From Planctomycetota bacterium (lineage in GTDB: Bacteria; Planctomycetota; UBA1135; GCA-002686595): 64,000 nt of DNA. Shown in pieces: positions 27,683 through 36,083 of this stretch; positions within the stretch are counted from its first letter, which is position 1, and each line of letters opens with the position of its first letter. The DNA is taken from positions 23,839-87,838 of the forward strand of contig DASVAP010000014.1 in NCBI GenBank assembly GCA_036376275.1, in the 5' to 3' direction. The notes under the pieces are model-generated. The model was not told the origin of the DNA and did no database searches. It worked only from the letters and a program-made list of their open reading frames with translations. The translations under genes were made by a program, and so were the position numbers.

Positions 27683-28339
27683 TCAGAGGAGCGCGAAGGC
27701 CCGCACGGGGAACGAGCCCACCCCGCGCACCTTCGGCGGCACCGCGAAGAAGCGGAAGCCGCGCTCCGGCAGCGCCGCCAGGTTCGTCAGGTGCTCGACG
27801 ATGCGCACGCCGCGCGCGAGCAGCAGGCTGTGCACCGGCCGCTCGCCCGTCGCCGTGTCGTCGATGTTGAGCGAGTCGATCCCGACCAGGGCCACGCCGC
27901 ACGCGACGAGCCGTTCCGCCGCCCCCTTCGTGAGGAACGGGTGCCCGACCCCGTACTCCGGCCGCCCGAAGTGCTGCGACCAGCCCGTCGCGACCAGCAC
28001 CGCGTGGCCGTGCAGCTCGCCGAGCCCCGCGAAGCGCTCCGCCTCGATCGCGCGCACCTCCGGCGGCACGCGCACGACCACGCCCGGCAGGTCGGCCAGC
28101 GACTCCAGCGCGAGCGCGGCGATGTCCTGCCCGCCCTCGAAGCGGTGGAAGGGCGCGTCGAGGTACGTCCCCGTGTTCGCCACCATCTCGATCCGCCCGA
28201 TCGAGAACTCCGTGCCCTCCGCGTAGTGCGCGCGCGAGCTCTTCCGGTCGAGGTGCTCGCCGACCCGCGCCGCCGGCAGGCCCGGATAGGTCACGAGCCC
28301 GTCGTGGATCGTGTGGGAGAGGTCGACGAGGCGGGGCAC
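27683..28339 (-). CDS. cyclase-family (kynurenine-formamidase-like) protein, variant metal motif
   Basis: 218 aa from GTG (rc 28337-28339), 11 nt after the transketolase stop. The core block NTGTYLDAPFHRF aligns with the family motif HxGTHxDAPxH, but its first two His are Asn and Tyr. Confidence 0.65.
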   Translation of the reverse strand: MPRLVDLSHTIHDGLVTYPGLPAARVGEHLDRKSSRAHYAEGTEFSIGRIEMVANTGTYLDAPFHRFEGGQDIAALALESLADLPGVVVRVPPEVRAIEAERFAGLGELHGHAVLVATGWSQHFGRPEYGVGHPFLTKGAAERLVACGVALVGIDSLNIDDTATGERPVHSLLLARGVRIVEHLTNLAALPERGFRFFAVPPKVRGVGSFPVRAFALL

Positions 28340-28350
28340 GCTACGGCCCC

Positions 28351-30684
28351 CTACACCACCCGCAGCTCCGCCAGGCGCTGCTCGCGCTCCTGCGCGAAGC
28401 GGGCGATGCCCTGCCACAGCGACTCGGGGTCGATGTGGGCCTCCTTCTTCAGCTCCTCGACGCTGCCGCCGGTGCGCCAGCGGTCGTCCCAGTCGGAGGA
28501 CATGGCGTAGCGCTCGGCGGTCCGGTGGGGGAGCCAGTCGTGCATCAGGCGGCGCGCGCCGTTCGTGATCACGGTCGAGTCGAGCCAGTCGGCGCGCGGG
28601 AGGACCGAGTCGCGGTAGGCCTGCGGTTGCATCTGGAAGAGCTCCCAGGAGACGGCCTGGACCAGCTTCACGTTGGGGCCCTGGCCGGCGTGGAAGCGGG
28701 AGAGGAGCGCGTAGACCGACTCGGTCGTGCTCGTGCCCTGGACGATCAGCGTGCCCTCCTTGGCGCGGTGCGGATCGTGGGGCTTGAGCACGTAGGCGCC
28801 GCGCGCCGCCTCGAGGTGCGAGGGGATGCCGAGCTTGGCGCGGTCGGGCACGGTCACGGGCGGGCGCGTCAGGTGCAGCGCGACGATCGGCCGGCCGCTG
28901 CGCAGCGCGGCGGCCAGCGCGGGCGCGACCTCGTTCGTCTCCCAGGGGTGCAGGTTGACGACGTGGCCGTCGGGGAAGAGCTGCGTCACGCCCGGGGCGA
29001 AGATGCCGAAGTGCGTGCGGCTGTCCTCGGCCGTCTCGGGGCCGGAGTGGCCGACGACCCAGATCAGCTTGCCGAGCTTCAGCGGGCAGTCCTGCGCCAG
29101 CTGGCTGAAGAGGCGCATCAGGCCGTACTTCAGGTACGAGAAGCTGCCGTAGGTCGAGCAGGCGCCCCAGTAGCCGAGGAACTCACGCTCCGGCTCGGCG
29201 GCCATGTTCGTGACGGCCAGGCCCGCGACGAGGCCGGCGTTCGTGAACTCGGTGATCTGCTGCGGGAGCAGCGCGCCCTCGGGGCGCTTCGCGCGGTCGT
29301 ACCAGTCGAAGCCCTTGAAGTCGCCGAAGCTCTTCGCGAAGCCCGAGATGTTGGTCGAGTCGGCCAGATCCGCCGAGCAGGCCAGCACCAGCGGGCGGCC
29401 CATGTGCTTCGCGGCCTCGGCGTTCAGCCAGGCGCCGAAGCTCGCGAAGCCCTGGCGGTTCGGGGCCTTGGTGCCGGGGGCGACGAAGAGCGCGGCGGGG
29501 AGCTTCTCCGGCGCGAGCCAGCCCGTGTCCTGCGCCAGGTTGACCGGAGAGGCCAGGCGGAAGGCCTTCGGCTTCGTCGGCACGGACTCGCCCAGCTCGA
29601 CCAGCGTGTCGGAGAGGTACTCGACCAGCTCGCGATCCTCGCGCAGCACCTCGAAGACGGTCTCGAACCAGCCCTTCGTCTGCGCGCGGCACTGCTCCTC
29701 GCCCGGATCCTCCACGTCGCCGAAGCCGGCGAACTTCACGCCGTGGCGCTCCTGGAAGTCGGCGCGGCACTTCCAGAACAGCTCCGAGTTGCGCTTGTGG
29801 GGCGAGCCGTGCGAGTGGTAGTCGAACTTGTGGTAGCCGCGCCCCTTGCGGGTCTCGAACCACACCATGCCGGGCCGGCCGGCCGGCGTGCGGTCGCGCA
29901 CGATCGCCGCGAGGGCCTGCTCGATCTCGACGTAGTCCTCGCCCTTCTTCGTGCCGGCCACGCGCCAGCCGTAGGGCTCGTACCACGAGGTCGGGTTGCC
30001 GTGCACGACGCTCGAGTTCGGGTTCGGGTCGATGCCGTGGTCGTTCCAGTCGAAGAGCACGATCAAGTTGTCGAGCCCGAGGCCATGGGCCGAGTTCTTC
30101 GACTCGTGGTGCGCGCCGGCGGTGTGCCCGCCCTCGCCCTCGACCGCGAAGACGCGCACCTCGCCCGCGCCGGCGTGCTTCAGCGCCAGGGCCTCGCCGA
30201 CGGCGGCCGGCATGCCGTGGCCCGACGGACCGGTGTTGAACTTGAAGAAGAGCGTCTTGCCCTCCATCTCCGCGTGCCCCGGCAGGTGCCCGTTGTGGCG
30301 CAGCCACAGCAGGTCCTCCCACACGAGCTGGCGCTCGGCCGCCTTCGGCACGAGGAAGCGCGCGTCGCGCGTGCGCTCGTGGCGGATGCGCAGGGCCTCG
30401 TTGTAGACCGCGAGCAGGGCGTAGACCGCCGGGCAGCAGTGCCCCGCCACGAGCACGAAGCGGTCGCCGAAGGCCTTCTCGGGGTGGCGGATGTCCCAGC
30501 GCAGCGCGGCGCCGAGCGTGCTCGCCACCAGCATCGGCACCTTCGAGCGCGAGCCGCCGGGATGGCCGCTCTGGCGCAGGTTCAGCATCAGGTCGATGCA
30601 CTGGTCGACCAGGTCGCCGGTCTTCTGCCAGCGCAGGTGATGGGCCGAGGACGCTTCGACGTGCGGCGACGGGGCGGTTTTCAT
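28351..30684 (-). CDS. divergent transketolase-family thiamine-diphosphate enzyme (777 aa)
   Basis: Blocks homologous to TktA: SGHPGGS, VAGHCC, LPGHAE, FNTGPSGHG, VEGEGGHTAG (GDG position reads GEG), FDWNDHGID, HSHGSP. The Pyr and C-terminal domains follow. It is about 110 aa longer than classical transketolases. Confidence 0.8.
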   Translation of the reverse strand: MKTAPSPHVEASSAHHLRWQKTGDLVDQCIDLMLNLRQSGHPGGSRSKVPMLVASTLGAALRWDIRHPEKAFGDRFVLVAGHCCPAVYALLAVYNEALRIRHERTRDARFLVPKAAERQLVWEDLLWLRHNGHLPGHAEMEGKTLFFKFNTGPSGHGMPAAVGEALALKHAGAGEVRVFAVEGEGGHTAGAHHESKNSAHGLGLDNLIVLFDWNDHGIDPNPNSSVVHGNPTSWYEPYGWRVAGTKKGEDYVEIEQALAAIVRDRTPAGRPGMVWFETRKGRGYHKFDYHSHGSPHKRNSELFWKCRADFQERHGVKFAGFGDVEDPGEEQCRAQTKGWFETVFEVLREDRELVEYLSDTLVELGESVPTKPKAFRLASPVNLAQDTGWLAPEKLPAALFVAPGTKAPNRQGFASFGAWLNAEAAKHMGRPLVLACSADLADSTNISGFAKSFGDFKGFDWYDRAKRPEGALLPQQITEFTNAGLVAGLAVTNMAAEPEREFLGYWGACSTYGSFSYLKYGLMRLFSQLAQDCPLKLGKLIWVVGHSGPETAEDSRTHFGIFAPGVTQLFPDGHVVNLHPWETNEVAPALAAALRSGRPIVALHLTRPPVTVPDRAKLGIPSHLEAARGAYVLKPHDPHRAKEGTLIVQGTSTTESVYALLSRFHAGQGPNVKLVQAVSWELFQMQPQAYRDSVLPRADWLDSTVITNGARRLMHDWLPHRTAERYAMSSDWDDRWRTGGSVEELKKEAHIDPESLWQGIARFAQEREQRLAELRVV

Positions 30685-30777
30685 GAGTCAGGGGAGGGCG
30701 GAGCTCCCTACGGTAGCGCAGGAAGGGACGCGCCGGTTGTGGGCTCCGCGCGGGGGGGCTCTAATCCGGGGCGACGC

Positions 30778-32724
30778 GTGCCGGTCCTGCGCTCCAGACG
30801 ACCCCTGCCGATCCTGCTGGCGCTCGTCGCCGCCTGCGGTGAGCGCGGTCCGCGCGAGGAGATGCCGGTGGTCGTCGTCGAGCGCGACTTCCTGGAGCCG
30901 GGGACCTGGGAGGTCGTGCGCGCGCGCGCGGACGCCCCGCCCTCGGTCCAGGCCCTGACCCCGTCGCTGGCGCCGGGTCAGGGGGACATGCCGGCCCTGG
31001 TCGTGCCGCCGCCGGGCGTGGTGAAGATCGAGGTCCCGGCCGGGGCCGTGCCCGCGCGCCTGATGACGCGCGTCGGCGTGGACGCCCTGATGTATCGCGG
31101 GCTGACCGAGGCCGAGCCGAGCCTGCGCATCGTGTTCGAGGCGCGCGCGGGCGAGCGCCTCCTGGCCCGCGAGGAGCTGGAGCTGGTGCGCGAGCGCCAC
31201 GCCGAGAACGCCTGGCGCGACCTGGGCGGACCGGAGGGGCTCGCGCTCGACGTGCCCCAGACGATCACGCTGCACACCTCCGCCGTGTGGCCCGACGGGC
31301 GCGAGCGTGCGCTGCCCCACCCCGTGCAGGCGGGCTTCGGGGGCCTGCGCCTCGAGCGGCGTCTCGCGCGCACCCGCACGCGCTCATCGCCGCGCGCGCC
31401 GAACGTCGTCCTGGTGGTGATGGACACGCTGCGCGCCGACCGGCTCTCGACCTACGGCTACGCGAAGCCGACCGCGCCGCACCTCGACGCCCTGGCGGCG
31501 CGCGGCACGCGCTTCGAGGCCTGCTACTCGACCGCGAGCTGGACCTGGCCCGCCACGGCCTCGCTCCTGACCGGGCTCACCCCGGCCGAGCACCGCGTGA
31601 TCAACGAGGGCGCGAGCTACCTGGTCGAGGCCGCGCCGACCCTGGCCGAGGCCCTGCAGCGTGCCGGCCTCACGACGGCGGCCTGGAGCGCCAACCCGAT
31701 CGTCTCGCCGGCGCGCAACTTCGACCAGGGCTTCGAGCGCTTCGAGCCGGCCGGGACGGCCTTCCGCAAGACCCAGGAGTTCTTCGAGGAGGTGCGCGCC
31801 TTCCTGCGCGAGCGCCGCGACACGCGCTTCTTCCTCTACCTGCACCTGGCCGACCCGCACACGCCGCTGCGCCCGCTGCCGGAGGGCCTGCGCGCGGTCG
31901 CGCCGGAGGTGCCGCCCGGCTTCGCGGAGCGGAGCGACCGCCTGTACCGCGCCACGAGCAAGGGCCAGGCGGTCAAGGGTGAGGGCGAGCTCGACTTCGC
32001 GGGCATCGCCACGCCCGAGGAACGCGCCTGGACCAGCCAGCTCTACGACGCGAGCGTGTGGAGCGGGGACCACTGGCTCGGCGCGCTCGTGGCGGAGCTC
32101 GCGGCGCTCGAGCTCACCGACCGGACCGTCGTGGCCTTCACCAGCGACCACGGCGAGGAGCTCTTCGAGCGCGGCTTCCTCGGCCATGGCCAGAGCGTGC
32201 GCAGCGAGCTCGTGCGCGTGCCGCTGGTCGTGGCGGGGCCCGGGGTCCCGGCGGGCCGGGTGGAGCCGGGCGCGGTCTCGGCGCGCGTCGTCGCCCCGCT
32301 GCTCGCGGGTCTGGCGGGTGTCGCCTTCGACTCCGACGCGCGCGCCCTGGGCGTGCTGCGCGAGGGGCGCCGCTTCGAGGAGCTCGTCACCTTCACGACC
32401 CGCAAGGGCTCCTGGAAGGGCCGCAACCTCGTGCACGTCGACGGCGCGCTCGAGGGCGCGCTCAAGCTCGAGCTCGCGCGCAACGGGGCGCCGTGGGGCG
32501 CCGCGGCGCCCTCCGAGGAAGGCGACTGCGCGCTGTTCGACCTGCGCGCGGATCCGGGCGAGACCCGGGACCTCTCCGCGGCGCGCAAGGCCGAAGCCGC
32601 GCGGCTGAGGGCGGCCCTGGACGAGCTGCTCGCGAGCCAGCACCGCATCGGCTACGACGTGCCCGCCGGTGGCCTGACGCAGAAGATGCTCGAGGACCTC
32701 GGCTACTCGGGCGACGGGCACTGA
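30778..32724 (+). CDS. sulfatase-like (alkaline-phosphatase superfamily) lipoprotein with about 200-aa N-terminal extra domain
   Basis: 648 aa from GTG 30778, in frame. Signal and lipobox LALVAAC. Motifs: VVLVVMDTLRADRL, then STASWTWPATASLLTG at the position of the C/S-x-P-x-R sulfatase motif, HLADPH, FTSDHGEE. The first 780 codons of the 1429-aa track ORF are antisense to the transketolase gene. Confidence 0.8.
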   Translation: MPVLRSRRPLPILLALVAACGERGPREEMPVVVVERDFLEPGTWEVVRARADAPPSVQALTPSLAPGQGDMPALVVPPPGVVKIEVPAGAVPARLMTRVGVDALMYRGLTEAEPSLRIVFEARAGERLLAREELELVRERHAENAWRDLGGPEGLALDVPQTITLHTSAVWPDGRERALPHPVQAGFGGLRLERRLARTRTRSSPRAPNVVLVVMDTLRADRLSTYGYAKPTAPHLDALAARGTRFEACYSTASWTWPATASLLTGLTPAEHRVINEGASYLVEAAPTLAEALQRAGLTTAAWSANPIVSPARNFDQGFERFEPAGTAFRKTQEFFEEVRAFLRERRDTRFFLYLHLADPHTPLRPLPEGLRAVAPEVPPGFAERSDRLYRATSKGQAVKGEGELDFAGIATPEERAWTSQLYDASVWSGDHWLGALVAELAALELTDRTVVAFTSDHGEELFERGFLGHGQSVRSELVRVPLVVAGPGVPAGRVEPGAVSARVVAPLLAGLAGVAFDSDARALGVLREGRRFEELVTFTTRKGSWKGRNLVHVDGALEGALKLELARNGAPWGAAAPSEEGDCALFDLRADPGETRDLSAARKAEAARLRAALDELLASQHRIGYDVPAGGLTQKMLEDLGYSGDGH

Positions 32725-32742
32725 AGCGCGGCGCGCGGCACG

Positions 32743-33622
32743 TCACGCCAGGCGCGGCGCGGCGCGCGAGACCAGGCACGCGCTCCCGCAGGCCAGCAGG
32801 CGCACCCAGCCCGCCTCCGCCGGCCCGCGCAGGAGCCGCGACCCCGCGGACTCGAGCGCGGCCAGCTCGGCCGCGTGCCAGCGCAGCACGAAGGCGAGCT
32901 GGCGCCCGCGCAGGGGTCCGAGCGCCGCGCACAGCTCCCAGCCCTTGGCATAGAAGCCGCGCGTCCAGTCGATCTGGCGCTGGACGACGCGCACGAGCTC
33001 CGGGCCGGCGCGCTCGCCGGTCAGCTCGGCGAGCATCACGCCGCCGCGCGCCAGCTCCTCGGCCGGGAGGCGCAGGCGCCCGTGCGCGAAGGCCGGACCG
33101 AGCTCCGCCAGCCAGGCGGTGAGCTGCAGCGCCAGCGCCAGCGCGTCGGCCAGGGCCTCGTTGCGCGGGCTCTCGGCGCCGGCCAGGCGCAGGTAGAGCC
33201 GCCCCTCCGGCACCGCCAGCGCGCGCGTGGCCCAGCAGCGCCTCGCGCGTCTCGAAGGCGCCCAGGTCGTCGCGCCGGCGCTCGTGCAGCGGGCGGCGCA
33301 GGAGCTCCTCCGGCAGCGCATGGCGGCGCAGTGCGAAGGACAGCGCCGTGCCGAGGGGCGACGTGGGGCGCTCCTCGAGGGCCGCGTCGAGCTCGCGGAT
33401 CAGGGCCTCGAGCCCGCGGCGGCGCTCGAAGCCGTCCGGCAGGGCCGCGAGCTCGCGTCCGAGCGCGTGCCAGGCGAGCAGCGCGAGCCAGCTCTCGCGG
33501 CCCTCGCGCGGCAGCGCGGCCAGCGCCAGGCGTCTTCGCCCGCGGCGCGGCGCGAGGTAGCTCCGGCAGCGCTCGCTCGCTTCCGCGCGCGAGAGGCTCT
33601 GGGGCAGGAGCAGCGCGTGCAC
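32743..33622 (-). pseudogene. phytoene/squalene-synthase-fold gene with an apparent frameshift (or assembly indel) and no recognisable Asp-rich motifs
   Basis: The N-terminal half is in the frame of 33622 (up to LPEELLRRPLHERRRDDLGAFETREALLGHAR). The C-terminal half is in the frame of 33321 (ALAVPEGRLYLRLAGAESPRNEALADALALALQLTAWL...GRLRLPAEELARGGV...IDWTRGFYAKGWE). The switch falls at a GCGCGCGCG run near 33219-33227. Confidence 0.45.
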
Positions 33623-33684
33623 GCGCGCATTCTAGGGAGGCGCGGCGCTTGCCCCCGCCGGTGGGCGCGGGTCTCATCCGTGAC

Positions 33685-34539
33685 ATGGTGCCGGTCTCGT
33701 CGCGCTCCTCCCGCGCCGGCTGCGAGGTTCGCGAGCGTCAGGCGGTCGAGGCCCTGGCGCGGGAGCTGGGCGCGCAGGGCGCGGGCGGCCGGCCCCTGGC
33801 GATCGTGCTCGGCTCGGGGCTCGGCGAGCTGGTCGAGGCGCTGGCGGAGCGCCGCACGATCCCGGGGGGGGCGCTGGCGAGCCTCCCGGCCGCGCGCGTC
33901 GCGGGCCACGCGGGCGCGATCGAGCTCGGCACGCTCGGCGGTCTGCCGGTGCTCGTGCAGAGCGGCCGCGTGCACCTCTACGAGGGCCGCAGCCCGCACG
34001 AGACGACGCGCATGGTGCGGGCCCTCGCGCAGCTCGGCGTGCGCGCCGTCCTGCTGACCAACGCGTCCGGCGGGCTCGTGCCGGAGTGGCCGCCGGGCAC
34101 CCTCGTGCGCCTCGACGACCACCTGAACCTGCAGGGCCGCTCGGCCCTGCTGCGCGGCGAGGGCGGGCGCGCCAGCCCCTACGACGCCGAGCTCGGCGCA
34201 CACCTCGACGCGGCCGCGCGCACGGCCCGCGTGCGCCTCGAGCACGGCGTCTACGCGGGCATGCTCGGGCCCTCCTACGAGACGCCGGCCGAGATCCGCG
34301 CGCTGCGCCGGCTGGGGGCGCACGTGGTCGGGATGAGCACGGTGGCCGAGGCGAGCGCAGCGCACGCCGCCGGGCTGCGCGTGGTCGCGCTCTCCTGCGT
34401 GGCGAACCCCGCCGCGGGCCTCGGGCCCGAGGCCCTGCGGCACGAGGACGTGCTCGGGGTCATGCGCCGCTCGGCCGGCGCGCTCGCGCGTCTCCTGGCG
34501 GCGGCCGCGCCGGCCTGGGAGCACGCCCTCGCCCGCTGA
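33685..34539 (+). CDS. punA: purine nucleoside phosphorylase, trimeric PNP/PunA type
   Basis: 284 aa from ATG 33685. Motifs: IVLGSGLG, GRVHLYEG, LLTNASGG, MLGPSYETPAEIR, VGMSTVAE. Confidence 0.85.
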   Translation: MVPVSSRSSRAGCEVRERQAVEALARELGAQGAGGRPLAIVLGSGLGELVEALAERRTIPGGALASLPAARVAGHAGAIELGTLGGLPVLVQSGRVHLYEGRSPHETTRMVRALAQLGVRAVLLTNASGGLVPEWPPGTLVRLDDHLNLQGRSALLRGEGGRASPYDAELGAHLDAAARTARVRLEHGVYAGMLGPSYETPAEIRALRRLGAHVVGMSTVAEASAAHAAGLRVVALSCVANPAAGLGPEALRHEDVLGVMRRSAGALARLLAAAAPAWEHALAR

Positions 34540-34657
34540 ACTCCGGCCAGGCAGCGGCTCGTGACCGACAGGACTCGCGCGTGGTCGGGCTGGCCCGCCG
34601 CGGTCGAGCTCGCTCGAGGCTGGACGGCATCATCGCGGGGCCGTCCGTGGCTGGAGG

Positions 34658-35356
34658 TCAGCCGGGCTCGTCCTGGAGGGCCTCGCGCAGGATCGCGAGC
34701 GAGGCGGAGGTGCCGAGGCGCGTCGCGCCGGCCGCCAGGAGCTCGCGTGCAAGGGCGGCGCTCTTGATGCCGCCCGAGGCCTTGACGCCCAGGCGCAGGC
34801 CGACGCACTGGCGCAGCAGCAGGACGTCCGCGCGCGTCGCGCCGCGCGGGCCGAAGCCGGTGCTGGTCTTCACGAAGCTCGCCCCGCTGGCCTCGGCGAT
34901 CCGGCAGGCGCGGCGGGTCTCCTCCGCGTCGAGCAGGCCCGTCTCCAGGATCGCCTTGACCAGGCCGCCCGCGGCGCGCGCCGCCGCCACGACGCCTGCC
35001 AGGTCGTGCTCCACGAGCGCGTGATCGCCCGCCCGCAGGGCCCCGAGCTGCAGCACGACGTCGAGCTCCTCGGCCCCGTCCGCCAGCGCGATCTCGGCCG
35101 CGCGGCGCTTGGCCCCGGGCGCGTCGGCGCCCAGCGGGAAGCCCACCACGCAGGCGACGCGCACGGCGCTGCCGGCGAGCCGCGCGCGGCAGCGCGCGAC
35201 GTGCACGCCGTTCACGCACACGCTGGCGAAGCCGTGCGCGCGCGCCTCGTCGCACAGGCGCTCGACGTCCGCGGCCGTCGCCGTGGGGGCCAGCAGGGTG
35301 TGGTCGATCGCGGCGGCCAGCTCGGCGGCGCCGCCGCGCTCCGCGGTGGATCCCAT
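34658..35356 (-). CDS. deoC: deoxyribose-phosphate aldolase
   Basis: 232 aa. Motifs: IDHTLL, SVCVNG, VVGFPLG, KAILETG, the catalytic Lys block FVKTSTGF, and VKASGGI. Confidence 0.85.
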   Translation of the reverse strand: MGSTAERGGAAELAAAIDHTLLAPTATAADVERLCDEARAHGFASVCVNGVHVARCRARLAGSAVRVACVVGFPLGADAPGAKRRAAEIALADGAEELDVVLQLGALRAGDHALVEHDLAGVVAAARAAGGLVKAILETGLLDAEETRRACRIAEASGASFVKTSTGFGPRGATRADVLLLRQCVGLRLGVKASGGIKSAALARELLAAGATRLGTSASLAILREALQDEPG

Positions 35357-35403
35357 CCGGCGCGCAGGATAGTCGCGCGGGGGATCGCCCGGCGACGGCT
35401 GGC

Positions 35404-35910
35404 TCAGGGGCTGCCGGAGGGCCGGGACATCCAGCCCTCCCGGCGCAGGAACTCGACGATCGCGAACTCGTCCTGAACGCAGGAGTCGCTGGCGACGAGC
35501 TTCACGCGCGTGCAGTCGAGCCGCTCCAGCGAGCAGGCCGCCTCGGCCACGCGCACCAGGTCCAGCACGCGGTCCTCCAGGCGCCGTCCGGAGGGGTACT
35601 GGACGACGAGGTCGGTCCCGCCGCCCTCCACGGTCGTGAAGTCCAGCTCCTCGCCCGAGGCCTCGGGACAGGCCCGCAGGCGGATCTCGAGCCCCTCGTC
35701 GGCGAAGGCCGAGCGCGCCAGGAGCGCGGTCAGGCGCGCCCCGTCATGGGCGCGCAGGCGTAGCTCGAGGACCTCGACCCCGGGTCGCGACAGCTCGGGT
35801 CGCGGGAAGATCGCGAGCTGGCGGGGTTCCTTGGAGAGTCGCTGGAGCCGCGCGCGCCAGAACTCCGGGTCCATGAGAAGATGCCTCGAGGCGTCTCCGG
35901 TCAGACCCAT
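35404..35910 (-). CDS. hypothetical protein; weak resemblance to the N-terminal part of AXE1-type acetyl esterases but too short and without GxSxG
   Basis: 168 aa. DPEFWRARLQRLSKEPRQLAIFPRPELSRPGVEVLELRLRAHDGARLTALL resembles the AXE1 N-terminus. The nucleophile-elbow position reads VASDS, and the protein ends soon after. Confidence 0.45.
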   Translation of the reverse strand: MGLTGDASRHLLMDPEFWRARLQRLSKEPRQLAIFPRPELSRPGVEVLELRLRAHDGARLTALLARSAFADEGLEIRLRACPEASGEELDFTTVEGGGTDLVVQYPSGRRLEDRVLDLVRVAEAACSLERLDCTRVKLVASDSCVQDEFAIVEFLRREGWMSRPSGSP

Positions 35911-36083
35911 AGCGGCGCCCTAGCCGACGTGCCCCCGCTGCGCGAACGGCCTTTGTCAGAAAAGATCCGTCGCTCACCACCCTCGGTGGCGGCCCTGGGG
36001 GGGCGTCTCTATCATTCCTGCGCCCCGCCGCTGGCGCTCCGACCACACCGGAGCGCCCGGCAAACCCTTCCGCCCCTCGGAGA

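Noticed and set aside
28435-30777. First about 780 codons of the 1429-aa + strand track ORF
   Set aside because: It is antisense to the motif-rich transketolase gene. The translation is Arg/Ala/Gly/Val filler with no motifs. The recognisable sulfatase-like protein starts at the in-frame GTG 30778 with its own signal and lipobox.
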